DNA of 64,000 nucleotides from Mobula hypostoma (Eukaryota): positions 9,052,001-9,116,000 of the forward strand of contig NC_086120.1 in NCBI RefSeq assembly GCF_963921235.1. The letters run 5' to 3'. Both the position numbers and the translations under genes were made by a program. Below are positions 24,126-38,280 of the stretch, in pieces. The notes beneath the pieces were generated by a model that saw only the letters and a program-made list of their open reading frames with translations, made no database searches and was not told the DNA's origin. Each line of letters opens with the position of its first letter. Within the stretch, counting starts at the first letter, position 1.

Positions 24126-25299
24126 CTCGAGAGAGACAGAGAGAAAGAATAAAAGGGCCATTGACTGATATTCTGTACTTCAAGGAATTTGAGTTAATCC
24201 TAATTTTACCACAAGAAATTCAACAGGACTCAAAGAAAGTTTCTGTGTAATTAAATAGGAAGTTGCATTAGAGAACATCATATATTTGAGGAGGCCACGT
24301 AACTATGTGAATAAGATCTGTGAAGAAGAGAGCTCTTTAAGTTCTACCTACTCATTGTGTCTGCCTGTTTTCTTTGGCCTGAGTGTTAAAGATTAAAGAA
24401 CCTAAAGGTATTTATGATTTGCTGTTATTCCTCAAGGTTCTTCATAAAATTATTGATAACGGGGTTGCCTTTGTTCTCTCATCTGTTTCCTTACTTTACT
24501 TTCTGAAGTATGTTTGAAATAATTAATGACATGATTATTACAAACTTTTTGCAGTTCTGGCCAATACAATATGCAATGTGAAGATGTCTGAATCCAGGTG
24601 CAAGATTCACACTTATTGAACATCATTGATTCAGAACTGGTACTTCGGGGAACAATTTGGGAATATTTGAAATATTCTCTTCCTTTTTCAGAATAATCCT
24701 TTCCCAGCAGGCTGGGTATTACAATGATCATGCATTTTGCAAGTTTAATGTATTATCGAATTTTTAATAGTTAAACCACACAAGAAAAGGGATGAGGGAC
24801 TGATGAGTTATAAACGTCTGAAATGAGGTACGACATTCAACATTGACAAAAGGTCCAAGTCACCAGGAAGGACAAGTGCAGGCGATACAGAAGATCACCA
24901 CCTCCTCAGGCCCCTTCTCAAATTGGCATTCTTGTCTGTATGTATCACCAGTCTTTCAACTGACCTTCTGAAACATCCTTCCCGACGTCATTGTGAGAGC
25001 ACCTTCCTCAGAAGGATAGCAGCAAGTCCTGTCCATGGGTCGCCACCACTCCCTTAAGGGATTGGCAATTGGTTTTGGCCTTGCCAGTGATGCCCAAATC
25101 CCTGGAATAAATTTTAAATATTCAAGGAAGACCCAAGTTGAAAATTTATGAATTATATTTTAATTTGTTCCCAGAGATCATGTCCTAAAACTTTGATCAT
25201 CTCAGATTGATTTATGGACCAAAGAAACTTTCTCTTGGAATATAAATACTGGGAAATGGGGGAGCTAAGAGGGAATTGATAGACTTGCTGATGGAGGTA

Positions 25300-26140
25300 G
25301 ATTTCCAGGTCAGATGTCTGTTTCCCAGTGAGGCATGCAAATGCAAATACTCACATTCAAAGCCTCCAGCCAGGCTTATTTCATCTGATTCTCCCAATGT
25401 GGCCTCTCCTACACTGGTGAGACCTGGGTGACTACTTTGCTGAGCACCTGTGTTCCATCTGCCATAACCATCTAGAGCACCCAGTTACCAGCCATTTAAT
25501 TGTCGGGCCTGATCTTACACTGACATGTCAGTGCTCAGTCCTGTCATCTTCCAGGGTGAGGCTAAATGCAAACAAGAGGATCATCACCCTATCACCTTCT
25601 ATGCCACTTGGGTAGTTGACAGCGTAATGGCATAAGAACTGAATTCTCTAATTTCCAGTAAACTATTCCCCCTCCCTTCTGTTTTTCTTTCCTCCTGATC
25701 TATCCATTTTTTCCTACATTCTCTCCATCTTCTATCACCCAATTTCTGTCCCTTCCTCTACCCACTGTATCTTGCCATCACCCACACATTCCTTCCACGG
25801 GGTCTCCCATCCCTCATCATTTCCATTTTCCTCACTTGGTTTCATTACCCAACGTCCCCTCCTATCAGATTTCATCATCTTCAGACCTTGTTCCCTCCAA
25901 CTATCACCTCCAAGCTTTCTCATCATTTCCACCTTCCACTTCTCCACCTACCTGTCACCCCCATCCTTAACGTTGATCTATTTATCAATTGCCACCAGTT
26001 GCTCCAACCTTCCCTTCACCTGGACATCTGCCCTCTTATCTTTCAGTCTAGATGAATGGGCCCAACCCAAAATATCTACTGTCCACTTCCCTCCACAGAT
26101 GCTGCCTTACCTGCTGAATTCTCTCAACATCTTGTTTTCC
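25300..26140 (+). mobile_element. Penelope-like element remnant: GIY-YIG endonuclease C-terminal part, pyrimidine-rich 3' region, degenerate hammerhead terminus
   Basis: From about 25392, across frameshifts: SQCGLSYTGET, GDYFAEHLCSI, HPVTSHFN, DMSVL. Degenerate HHR CAGTC-TAGATGA-ATGGG..CCC-AAAA-TATC-TACTG at 26044-26081. Confidence 0.7.
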
Positions 26141-26799
26141 TAAATTTCTTTTTCTGCTCGGGACAAAGCAACTCACTCATCCCAGAAAATAACTTCCAAC
26201 ATACTCAATGCTTGTCGATCCAGTGCCTCATACACTGTCCTTCCTTCTTTGGGTTGGACAGACATTCCCTTCCAGATCCTCAGAAATATTTTTGTAGTGA
26301 TTCAGCCAAACACTTCACTCGTTTTTCTTGTCTATGGACACAGGTCTCAATCAACCACCTGATATAATGAGCACCTATCTCATAACAGAACATGTTGACT
26401 TGCAGTGCAACACTCTCAAAATGCTGGAGGAAATGAACAGGCCACACAGCATGTTTGGAAATGAATAAACACTCAACATTTTCCACCAAGAACCTTCTTC
26501 CATCCCAGCGACCCAGGTGCCAATTAACTACACACAGGGGTAGAGCTCTCCATTTTTTTCACCAGCACAGAGGAAACTGCATCTGGTTCGAATCTATCCT
26601 GTGAAATATGGTCCAATCACCTTATTCCATCCACACTTGTTATATAATCCCGTGTTGTATCATTGTCCTCCTGCAGTTCTTTGTCATGTCCTGTCAGATG
26701 TTCTTGGGACAATAGGAGAAAGGTGGATTTATCACACATCGTTCCTATCTCCAACATGGATGTCTTCTGGATTTCAACATTTTGGAAGGCTGGTGATAG

Positions 26800-27550
26800 G
26801 TTTCAATAGGTACACAATGTCAGAGAAATGTATACAACATACATCCTGAAATTCTTTTTCTTCCCAAACATCCATGAAAACAGAGGAGTGTCCCAAAGAA
26901 TGAATGACAGTAAAACGTTTGAGCCGCAAAGCCACCCGAGCTCCTCCCTCCCAAGCACAAACAGCAGCAATACAACAACCCTCCCCCTGCTCCAAAAGCA
27001 AAAAAGCATCAGCACTACCCACCGAGTACTCAAGCGAGCAGCAAAGCATCAATAAAACCACAGACATGCACTACCCAAAGGCTAGTCGTTTCACCCAATA
27101 TTTGAGATAACACAGCTTCTAGCTCTCCCTAATAAAGGAAAAAGAGATTTTCCCATTTCACAGCGAGAGGGGAGACATAACAAAGCAACTCAAAGAACTC
27201 GGGTCTCTGGGCACACCGCCAGCAGTCAGCTCAATGCTTTCGACCTTCCATCTCCCACGATACACCAGGCGCCATCACCGATCTCGAGTCCGCCCACCTC
27301 CAGAGTCACAAAAATTTGGCGCCCTGAAAGCATGCGAGTCACCTGGGCTGCGCCATTGGCTATCAAAAGGCAGCCACTCGTGAGACCCCGAGAGCAGGTC
27401 CCGTTCCCGCAAAGAACCAAAGTTTGCGTGTAACTCCAGGTCAGTGTCTTCAAAAAAACCCTGAAAAGGGGGAAAAAAGAGATATGAATGATAGAAATAG
27501 AGCTGTTTCGAAGATGCAAGCAAAGGAATCACCTTTAGGCGCCATCGTCC
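26800..27550 (-). mobile_element. Unclassified non-coding interspersed repeat (probably a retroposon)
   Basis: CpG-rich, with a minus-strand start GACGATGGCGCCTAAAGG similar in style to the 21908-22521 element. No credible ORF. Confidence 0.35.
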
Positions 27551-27689
27551 TTGTAAACTCCACTTGCCTCACATAATGGCGCACATTATCTCCAGCCTCC
27601 CAGACAACCTCAACCCACTGCAATTCCCCTGTGGTAGATGCCATCTTCTTGACTCAGTAGTCATCTCTGGGGCACCTGTAAAGTGAAGG

Positions 27690-28560
27690 CACCTTTTTCA
27701 GTCTATTGTTTATTGACTACAGCCCCAGGTTCAATAGTTTAATCCCAGGCAAATTAATCAGAAAATTCGAAGACCAGGGAGTCAAGACCACTTTCCACAA
27801 CAGGAAGTTTAACTTCCTGATGAACAGACCACAATCAGTAAGGAGAGGCAGCAGTATCTCTGCCATGAGGACTTTCAACTCTGGTGTTCCACAGGATTCA
27901 GTACATGACCACTTGCTCTACTCCCTCCACAGTCAAAGTCGAAAGTAAATTTATTACCAAACTATGTACACCATAAACAACCTTGACATTTACCTACAGT
28001 CATGACTGTGGAACCAAACTCTGCTCTAACACCATCTACAAGTTTACAGATGGTACCTCCTTGGTCGGCATAACACAAAGAACAATGAATCAGAATACAG
28101 GAAGAAGATAAAGAGCTGAGTAACATGGAACGATGACAACAACCTTTCCCTCTGTGTCAGCCAAGCAAATCACTTGCTTAATTTCTTCAGGATGGGGGTG
28201 GTGCACAGGATCCTGTCCTGTCACAGAGTTGTGGAAGCATCTCAGCAGATCAAGAAAACTATCTTCCCCTCCATGGATTCTGTCTATACTTTTTGCTACC
28301 AAAGTAAAGCAGCCAGCATAATCAAAGACCTTTACCACCATCAGAATAAACAGAAAAAGCCTAAAAGCATGTACCACCAGGTTCAAGGATACCTACAACC
28401 TGTTGTTATAAGACTGTTGAATGATTCCCTAGTACAATGAGATAGATTCTTGATTCTTGACCTTACAATCCACCTCATTCTGACCTCTCACCTTATTGTC
28501 TCCCTGCACAGCACTTTCTCTGCAGCTGCTACACTTTACTGTGCATTCCGTTATTGTATT
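27690..28560 (+). mobile_element. Decayed Rex1/Babar-type LINE RT fragment
   Basis: MFIDYSPRFNSLIP, GVPQDSV, YKFTDGT-like sequence and IIKDLYH; many stops. Confidence 0.65.
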
Positions 28561-29034
28561 TCCTCGTGCTTCCTCAATACACTGTGTAATGATAGTTCAG
28601 TACTTGTGATAATCGTAAACCAATTCCAATTCAGAAAGCAGTTCAACTTTTGATCACATGAATGTTCCAGAAGTTCTGTCGTAGACCAGTGATACATTTC
28701 CAGGTCTAGATGGTTTGCAAGTTGGAGAAGAGCCTAAAGGTGGTGGTGTTCATCTGGTCTGCTATACTTGTCCCTCTGGATGGTCTTGCTGCTGGTTTGA
28801 GAGGTGCTTCAGAGCAGGTGAGTGAATTCAGGAAGCAGTTCAGCTTTTCATCTCAAGAGTTGTGAGAAATATGCCCATTCTTAAAACCTGCCTCTCCCTG
28901 CTTTTACATTCAAACCAACGTGCAATAACCTTGCTGTAATAACATAATATCTATAACTGAATTACACTGTGATTCAGTTAATGTTCAAATTAGACTAAGT
29001 AGATTACACCAGTTTAAAAATTCATTTCTAATAT

Positions 29035-29960
29035 CGGGGCATCACTGGCAGGCCCAGTATCCATTGCTCATCCCGTGAGAGATTGGTGATGAACTGTACT
29101 CTTGCACTGCTGCTGTCTGGGGGAAGGTGCTCCCACAGTGACGTCAGAGAGAATGTTGCTGAATATAGGCGGTGGACCAGTGACACATTTCCAGGTCTGG
29201 ATGGTTTGTAAATTGGAGGAGAGCCTGCAGGTGGCGCTGTTCATCTGCAGCTGCTGTACTTGTCCCTCCAGGTGGTCCAGCTGCTGGTTTGAGAGATGCT
29301 TCAGAGGAGGTGGGTGAATAACTGAGTGCATCTTTTAGATTTTCCACACAGCTGCTACCAATGGCATCAGTACAGTGAATTGATATTCTGGTTGATCTTG
29401 GAGGTACTAATCAGGAAAGCTGCTGTGACAGGATGATGCAGAGCTTCTGAAGAGTCGCTGGGACTGCACTCATCCAAGTCAGTGGAGAATATTCCATCAA
29501 AGCTCTGGCTTATGGAATGTATGAAATAAAAATATCTTGTGATGCCAGGAGGTGAATCTCCTACCACAGCATATCCAGCCTTTCACCCAAGCCTGGGGGT
29601 ATGGTATTTAGTTAAATAGCTCCCATCATTTTTCTGTCAAAGTGAACTCTCGGGATACTCGTGGTGGAGGCTTTAGCAATGTTAATGTCATTGAATGTCA
29701 AGACAAGGTATTCGGATTTGCTGTTCTTGGGGATAGTCATTACCTGACACTATGATTGAAAATATCACTTGTCACTTATCAGCCCATGACTGAATATTGT
29801 CAACAGCTGGATGGTATACAGGCTGGGACTGAAGCATCAGCTGAGGGGTTACAAGTGGAACTGAACACTCTGCAAATCTCTGTGAAAATCCCACTGCTGA
29901 CTTTACGATGGGAGGATGTCAGCGATGAAACAATTGGGATGACGACTTTGCCCTGAGGAA
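29035..29960 (-). mobile_element. Old L2/CR1-clade LINE 3' remnant
   Basis: Minus-strand end GGGATGAGCAATGGATACTGGGCCTGCCAGTGATGCCCC resembles shark L2/SINE 3' termini as I recall them; degenerate upstream sequence. Confidence 0.4.
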
Positions 29961-31639
29961 ATTCTGCCATTATGATGAACACAAAATATTCTGCAGATGC
30001 TGGAAATCCATCATCCTGTGGTGATGTCCTGATTCTGGGATGGTTGACATTCCTTTCCATAAAGCATAGCTCCATCTATAGACAAGTGTGGTACAGACAA
30101 GATGCCAACTCCACCCTCACCATTCTGGGTATGTCCTGTCCCAAAAGACTCTCTGGAGGTGGGGGCACAGTGGTGTACCGGCAGGGGAAAGGATCCCTTG
30201 ATGTCCTGAGCATTGAATCCAGGCAGAGAGCAGGCTCACAGCATCAGGTGAAACATGCACAGGGAGAGCTCCTCCTAATTACAATCTCCTGGTCTCCCTC
30301 CATTGATGAATGGATGTTCCCCATGTTGAGCAACACAGAGAAAGTACAGAGAGAAGCACGGACACAGAGTGTTCCCGGGGACTTCAGGGTCCATCACCAA
30401 GAGTGGTTCGTTGCACCATCACAGACTCAGTTGGCCAAGTCCTGAAAAACAGAGCTTTCAGACTGAGACTGCCACAGACAATTATTGAACAACAGTAGGG
30501 TGAAACAGATTTAACCTCAACCTCACTAGTCCACTGGGGGCAGATGCTTCTGTTAATGATTGTACTGGTAGAAGTGATCACCGACTGGATGTAAATTAGA
30601 TGGCAGTGAGCAGAAGCCATATTCTCCAACTCTCTTCATTTCTATATTCCTCTGATTTCAATGGAAAGGAAACCAAGCTTTGCCAATGGAATGGGTGTGA
30701 ACTCACTGTCACACAGTTAAACCATCAGGCCTCTTTAACATTTCCTTCCCCAGGAATTCAGTGCATAAATCTGTGGGGTGAAGCAACTCTGAAAACAAAC
30801 ATGGCACAAATTCTGAAGCAATTCTTGTCCTCACTGCCATAACTCAAGGAGTGCACCAGAGATAATGTCCATTTAAATGTCAAGTGTTTGACAGATACTC
30901 ACAATAATATCAGGGAGAACAGAAAATGATATTTGGATAATATTGTTGAAAAGGCAAATGTAAATGTTCTGGGCTGTCCCTCTCCTTAAATAACAGCTCA
31001 TTTCCTGCTGGGGCCACAGATGTTCGTTATTTTCATACTCAGGCAGCAGCTGATCTGAACTGCACCAAAACTGTTTTTTTTATAAATGACGAGGCAATTT
31101 TTATTCAGAGATGTAATCATTAAAATGATTTGTATCTCCCACATTAACACAGCTCAATAAAACCAATTTTTCCATGGATGTCTTTCTCATTGTGTTACAT
31201 TACAGACCTCCTCCATTCATAATTTTTTTTCCAATTTGATGAAACTGATTTGTGATAGTGTTAACTGATTGACGCAGGCCCAACTCGCTGCAGCCTTTCC
31301 TCATCTGATCACCTTTCAGTATTGAAATGAGTGCAGTTGGCTTTCAAAGTACTTGTATTAGTCCAACAATCTGGAAATGTAGTTTAAATTTTATCAATGA
31401 CTGAAATGTAGGTTCTTAAAATTCGGCAGTTCATTGATAACAAGTTGGAATATTATAGTCAAGTTATATTAATGTATTAGTACTATTGAAAATATCAGTC
31501 TCTGTAGAGTGAAGCAGGATCATTTAAGGTTGGAACACTGGAAACAAACAGTAATATTGTCTAAACAATAACTGAAGTATTCACATGTATTTACAGAAGT
31601 CTGCATGTTAAACATTTTGCCTCAGTATTCTCAGTAAGA

Positions 31640-32215
31640 GGGGAATATCTCAGAATCGGAGTCATGTTTAATATCACCGGCATATGTCGTGAAATTTGGT
31701 GTTTTGCAGCAGCACCATGTTGCAATCCATAATAATAAAAATCTATAAATTATAATGAGGTGTGTGTGTATATATATAAAAGATTTAATTAAATAAGTTG
31801 TGCAAAAAGAGAGGGAAAATATACTGCGGTGGTGATCATGGATTCATTGTCCATTCAGAAATCTGCTGGCAGAAGGGAAGAAGCAGTTCCTGAAACATTG
31901 AGTGTGTGTGTTCGGGCTCCTACACCTCCTCCTTGATAGTAACAATGAGAAGGGGATATGCTCTGGTTGATGGGTCCTTAATGATAGATGCCATCTGAGT
32001 TATTATCTTTTGAATGAAACTGCTCGCCCTTTCCAATGCTGATCCCTCAATGAGGACTGGTGTGTTTTTCCTTGATTTCCCCTTCCTAAAGTCCAGAATC
32101 AACTCCTTGGTCCTACTGACATTGAGTGCAAAGTTATTGTTGCAATACCTCTCGGTCAGCTTATCTACCTTGCTCCTGTACACCACCTCATCACGATCTT
32201 TTCTTTTGTCACCAT
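31640..32215 (-). mobile_element. Decayed Rex1/Babar-type LINE 3' fragment
   Basis: ORF 31920..32228: YCNNNFALNVSRTKELILDFRKG, IIKDPS. Confidence 0.7.
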
Positions 32216-32419
32216 CACTGTTTTGCACAGTTTATCTCATGAAGAACTGCTAATAACAGCCAGTCTTGCATATTATTGTATTCAAATTTAAAGAGAATTT
32301 TGTTACAAATGAGAGAGTCAGAGGTTACGGGTATTGGATCTGTCGGTGATAATAAATCTGGTTTGACTCTGATCCTGATTGTGATGTGCCGATTACAGCC
32401 AAATTGTTGCTTTTATTTT

Positions 32420-33716
32420 TGTAACCCCTGGGAAAGGTTTCACTTCTAATGTAATGGTCTTTCTATAGAAGCAGTGTTTGGGTTATGGTTAGAGATAATG
32501 GATGCTTTGGAATGTGAGCAGTGTCTCTTGTTTGGCGAGAGATGAAGAGAGAAGGTGCTGGAGAGAACCAGTCATAGGATACGACTCAATGAGGAGATCA
32601 TGATTCGATGGAGCCAGGCGGCGAGATTGACTGAGGATCGGTGAATTGAGCTCCAACTGGTGCACATTTAACTGTTTAATTATAATGGGCCATTTTTGTT
32701 TTTTCTTTCTTTTCTTTACAAACCCTTCAGTTAAGATTCATAAATATAATTTCTTTAATCGTATGCAGTGTGCTGTCTGTTGTTTCTTGGGACTGAGTTG
32801 TGACAGGATTGTAAATTACACAGCATCCACACAAACTGGGGTTTGGGATGGGGAGCCATCTGAATGGGTTTGGCGGGACCTGAGTGTGTCTTCCCTAGAC
32901 TTACACAGCCAAGGAAACCAGCAGGGTTTCAGTGTTGGGGATATCGTCCCGGATCAATTTTATTGGATGCTGTGTGATTGCCCTGAGCATTGATCCAGTG
33001 GGTTGTGTGTTTAAGTCTGTGCTAAACTATTGCCCGGTAAAGTGATTAAGATACATGGTTATGGATGCTTCAGGGGTTGAGTGGTGGTGTGAATCCATGC
33101 CATTACCGGTAACGAATGCGTGTGTATTGAGTGGGATAGACATTCGTAGTTCTGATGAATCGTTAATTCGGACTTCAAGTATCAGTAAAGCATTAGGAAC
33201 AATTACAATCATGGAGCAGAGATTTGACAAAATGGCAGGTGAAGATTTTGTTTTAGTTCAGACTAGCGTTGATGTAACGCAGTGGAACTGCCTGGTAATA
33301 TTGGGACCCTGGGAGAGAAGGGGGCCATGGGCTGTCTATACTTTCCAGGAGGAAGGGAGTGAAGGCAAGTGTGATGAATTGGAAGCAGAGTTTGCCATAG
33401 CTGGGGCAGAGACATTAAAGACAAGTTGCTCTCATTTCTGCAGAGTGAGGGGAAGGAATGGACTGATATGGAAGGTCAAATGAGTCCTCCAGCGAGGGGT
33501 GAGCATTTTGAGTTGGTAGTGGTCCTTACCTCCATGGCGAGTAAATGGCAAAATGCCCAGGTCCAAAGCCCCAGCTATCATAGGCTGAGAATGTTTTCAG
33601 GAATGAAGTCCACCCCTAAAGGTGAAGAGGAGCATGAGAACTGGGTGGACCAGACCTCTCAGATGCTGGATGAGCGGCAGAGCTCTGATAATGTAAAAAG
33701 AAGGTTGGTAGAGATG
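32420..33716 (+). mobile_element. Truncated Gypsy element: probable 5' LTR (from TGTAACC at 32420) plus PNMA-like gag relic
   Basis: ORFs 33055..33483 and 33426..33716: YHRLRMFSG..STPKGEEEHENWVDQTSQMLDE..SDNVKRRLVE matches the PNMA/Ma-type gag signature. The LTR 3' boundary is uncertain. Confidence 0.65.
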
Positions 33717-34660
33717 CAAGGCCAGTTTCAAGGAGAACCTGATCATTACATTTGCAGATGCTACCACAGTGGTGGGGCTCATCAGCAAAAATGATGAAAC
33801 AATGTACAGGGAAGAGGTCAAATACCTAGAGAGCTGGTGCAGGGATAACAACTTGATGCTTAATGTCACCAAAACCAAGGAAATGATTGTTGATTTCAGA
33901 CGGTCTCAGCCTGAGCACACACCCCTCAGCATCAGTGGCTCCACAGTGGAGAGAGTGGAAAACATCAAGCTCCTTGGGGTGCAGATCTCGGACAATCTCA
34001 CATGGTCCAGGAACACCACTGGGATTGTGAAATGGGCCCTGCAGAGATTGCACTTTGTGAGGAAGCTTAAACAAGCATCACACCCCACTAACATCTTAAC
34101 TACATTTTACAGAGGTGTGGTTGAGAGTGTGCTGACCTTTTGCATCACAACCTGGTACTCCAGCTGCAGTGCTGTTGACAAAAAAGCCTTGCAGAGGGTG
34201 GTTAGGGGAGCAGAGAAGGTTATTGGGCTCTCCCTACCTTCTGTCCAAGACCTCTTTCAGAGTCGATGCCTCCAGAAGACATGGTACATCATTAAAGACC
34301 CTTCACACACTCTCCATGAACTGTTTGTTCTTCTGCCATCAGGCAAATGTTACAGGGGCATCAAAACTAAAACCACAAGGCTACTAAACAGCTTCCTCCC
34401 ACAGGTAGTCAGACTGTTAAGTAGTTCTGTACCTGACTCTGCTTTGGACACTTTTAACTTGGACACTTATTACTTGATCTTAATTGACATGTGGCTGCTG
34501 TGTTTTACTATTTATTGCTATGTTTATTATTTAGTGTTGCGTTTGTTATGTTATGATTGCACTGCTCCTGAGAAACGCTGTCTCATTCTGCCCTGCAGAG
34601 CTGATGTACGGCTGGAATGATAATAAAGCTTTTGAATCTTGAATCTTGAAATCTTGAAAT
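33717..34660 (+). mobile_element. 5'-truncated Rex1/Babar-type LINE; RT C-terminal ORF 33769..34620
   Basis: FADATTVVGLI, WCRDNNLMLNVTKTKEMIVDFRR, LGVQISDNLTW, IIKDPSH, FVLLPSGKCYR; (CTTGAAT)n tail at about 34633-34660. Confidence 0.88.
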
Positions 34661-37600
34661 GATTCCCCAGAACTAACAGAAAACTCTTCAACCAGCATAT
34701 CTGCACTAGGAGCGATGATTCCCAAACCTCAGTAGCCAGTCTGCTTTGTACCGGTGATTCGAGCATTTATACCAACACACAGGTTGTGCTCCAAAGCATT
34801 GTTCACCCTCTTGTTGAGGAACACAACAGAATGAACCTTACACTCAGCTGTCATGTAACTCACAGTTCACCAGATAACACAGATCCCTGTCTTTTCAGAT
34901 ACACCTGAGCTCTACCTGACTTACAGAAGGCATCTCAAGGACTGTAAAGTACCACCTATAGAATCTCCACAAAATTCATTGCAAGAACAAGAAAAGAACT
35001 TTCAGGGACCCAGGCCAACACATGCAGTTCTAAGTCCATAGATACATGCAGTTTTGTATGTTGGACAGGACAGGTTGTTCAGATATCTGAGTCCATAGTG
35101 TTCAAACATATCTCACATTCCAAGCTCTGCCATGGGAAGTAAACACTTCCCATGGCAGAGAGAACAAGATTCAAGTATGTGCTCCAAGCCCCTTTGAAGA
35201 AATGCAATATCCTCACTGACTCCTGGACTCTATGGCCTCTAAACAGTCAAGTCAAAATGGAGCATTTGGTTTTGAGAAAGAAGAACCTCGAGACCCTGGA
35301 CCAGGAGCACATTCAGTTCCTGTATCAGTAGTGGAGAGAGCAGAAATTCTCACAGACTGCACACTCCTCACCTGTCGACCTCCTCCTGCCTCATCCCCAG
35401 AAGAGTCTGTGGTTCTCACATTAGCCTCATTAGCCACATCAGATCCCACAAAGCTAACTGGATGTAAGTCATCACAACATTGTCAACCAACACAGTTCAT
35501 CAGTCTTGTTTAATAACCTTCTTGAAATTGTACACACTATGAACCTTGTGTGGAGCTTCTTGTATTTTATAATTATTTGACCTTTGTGAAAAATGTTTAT
35601 TTCTGCTCTGGAACTATTTATCTCTCCTTATTCATCTTTCCAGCTTTTATTCTCCATTACACTGCTACTTTCCCATGTTCTCATTCCCTCCTACTCCAGT
35701 GAAATATCCTCAGAGGATGCTGGTCACACAGTCTGGCCTAAACTGACTACAAACCCCCCACTACCCCCCACACTCACACACAATCTCACCCATGAACTGA
35801 TCCCAATCACCCATGTGTCTACAGCCAGCCTCCTGCTCTATTTCCTCTGGAAAACATTTATCTGCACCTTACTACACCCACAGAGTGAAGAAGGGAAATT
35901 AATCCAGAGATTATCACCATTCTTGTCCTGCTTCCTAATGTTCCTACAGCCTCCTTAAACTCTGACTGCATTTGCAATATCTTGCTTCACATTCACCGTA
36001 TAATATGCGACATACAAATAGGATGGAAACAGACTCCATGTCCCATCATGGCTGTGCTGTCCATCAAGTCTGTATTTGCTCTAACCCTGCACTAATCTTA
36101 TTCAATTACATTTACTTCCCTTCACATTCTCTTCAATTTACATCAGATATTTCCACTCACCGACACTCTGGGGCAATATGTAGCAGCTAGCTAATCTACG
36201 AACCTGCACCCCTTTGACATGAGGAAGTAAACTGCAGCAGCCAAGGGAATATAGCAGGGATATAGACCTGGTAGAAGCAGACTGGTTTAGTTTAACTTGG
36301 CATCATTACTGCCACATGGACGAGGTCGCCTATTCCTTTGAGATACAGTTGGATATTCTGCTCTTCAAATTAACAACTATTCCACTTTCTGTCCCTCTGC
36401 CTGCATGATGAAGCCACTTGTCTGGTTATGCTTCTGTCCTTAGAGGAAGACTATCATCAATCAGTACTCTGACTATCATACAGTTAGAGAGCAGGAAGTC
36501 CTCAAGTATCTGCTGACCCACCTGCCTGCACTTCAGTCTGCCTAGTCATCTGCCAGTCTCCCTGCTTCATGCACTCACATTAGCTACACGATGACCAGCT
36601 CCTGAAACCTGCTGCACAAGAAACATTCAGCCTTGTGGATGGATTGCTGTTGCTCAAGTTCCAAATCCCAGAGGATATGTTCTTCCAGCTGAAAACACTT
36701 CCTGTACGCATCATTGTCCAGAAAACAGGAAACCTCCTGAGGTCCCATATTGCCTCGAGTGTCCATTCCCATTGCTTTGAGATTCCCTACCAGATACTTT
36801 TTTATCAGACTATTTCAATTAACAAGAAAAATCAACACTTGAAACACCAGCCTTATTATATGACTTTATAATGAGCTCTTCAGGCTTGTCTGACAAGCCT
36901 TGAGAGTGTTGGAATCTGAGGTTTCTAAGAGCAGCTTCATTGATTAATTGTTGCTAATCATTTAAGAGTTCCGTGTGTTTTACTTTTTGAGCAACTTGCT
37001 CTCTATAATGCAGTCAATGGATGTTTTATGTTTAAACTTGCTGATGCTTGGGGATTCCACCTTCCTTGTAATATGTGAGCAGAGATCCAATTAGTGCTAA
37101 TTGTGGGCTCCGTGTTTAGAGAATATTACATATCGCAGTGTTGCTCAGGCAAGCCATGGATGTTCTGTTGGAATTCTTATGGATAAACTCTGGTAGTCGT
37201 CTCTTCATTGGACTCTGTGTTTCCTCTGCACTTGGGTTCTAACATTGCCAGCACATATTGTGACAGCAACACACACAAATTGCTGGAGGAACTCAGCAGG
37301 CCAAGCACCATCTATATTCATAAAAATATTTGGGAGAATAAACCATGCAATGCCTTGTCATTTTTTAAAAAAAGGTGTTAAGTGGTGTTCTGTTAAATTC
37401 CTTGAAGTCAATAACACTGTTGCCACTTTTGCGGCCCCCTAGGATGGTACACTTAGTGCAACAATTCTGGAACCTCCTCACCAACCTGGTCTCTCCCTTT
37501 CCCTGTGGAGAGGAACCCTCCACTGTGGTTCTTCCCCATCAGGCCCTTAGAAGTGGCTGCAGTGAGCGTCCAGCTGACTGGGACATTGCACGACAAAGGT

Positions 37601-38280
37601 GCCATACTTGTCCTTCTCAACACCAGGGCCATAGAAAAGTTTGATAATGGTACTTGGTGCCCACGTACTTAGAGTTTTCCACAAAGAGTCAAAAGCAACC
37701 ACACATGAACGTGCTCATCAGAGAGAGCGCGACATTACATATGTTATTGTCTTCGTTGTTCAAGGACATGTGCGTGGTGATCAGACTTATTCACTCCATC
37801 CTGGATTCCCAGATGAACCAAATGATGGTCATGTCATTTCCAAACTAGAGGAGTGGGGTATGCATTTCCACAAAAGCTATATGCAGTCGACAAACAAGAA
37901 AGGAGAACAAATTCTGTTGCCCACTGTGTCTTCCACATTCTCAGATATTTCATTTATTCATCTTTTAACAGAATTATCACTGATAGGCATTGTGTTAATA
38001 ATTTGGTCTGGTGATTTATGCAAAAACTATACTCAGAACCTCCTTTATGGTCAGCACAATCAATTCTTCTCCAATTGTATGGGGCTTTCCAGATTTATCA
38101 ATGAGTAATGAAATGTTGTAAAAAGCTCACAAACCATCAAACTCATAATGCGCTGACAAACATGTTTAGAAGTGATTTTCATTTCTGAAAGTTTACACAA
38201 TGTGACTGAAAGAAAAATAAGCAATCCTTCAAAAGACCCACATAAGAATAGCCTTTACAATAAAATGTTGTGAATTCCTT

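Noticed and set aside
25335-25348. Two overlapping ATGCAAAT octamers as a second Ig promoter
   Set aside because: Inside the Penelope relic, with no leader or V exon nearby on either strand.
26044-26081. Second functional hammerhead
   Set aside because: Core mutated (CUGAUGA to UAGAUGA, GAAA to AAAA); kept only as evidence linking the motif to the Penelope family.
34700-37200. Possible additional Gypsy relics and short ORFs
   Set aside because: Only faint, frameshifted resemblance; I could not fix family, strand or boundaries without a search.
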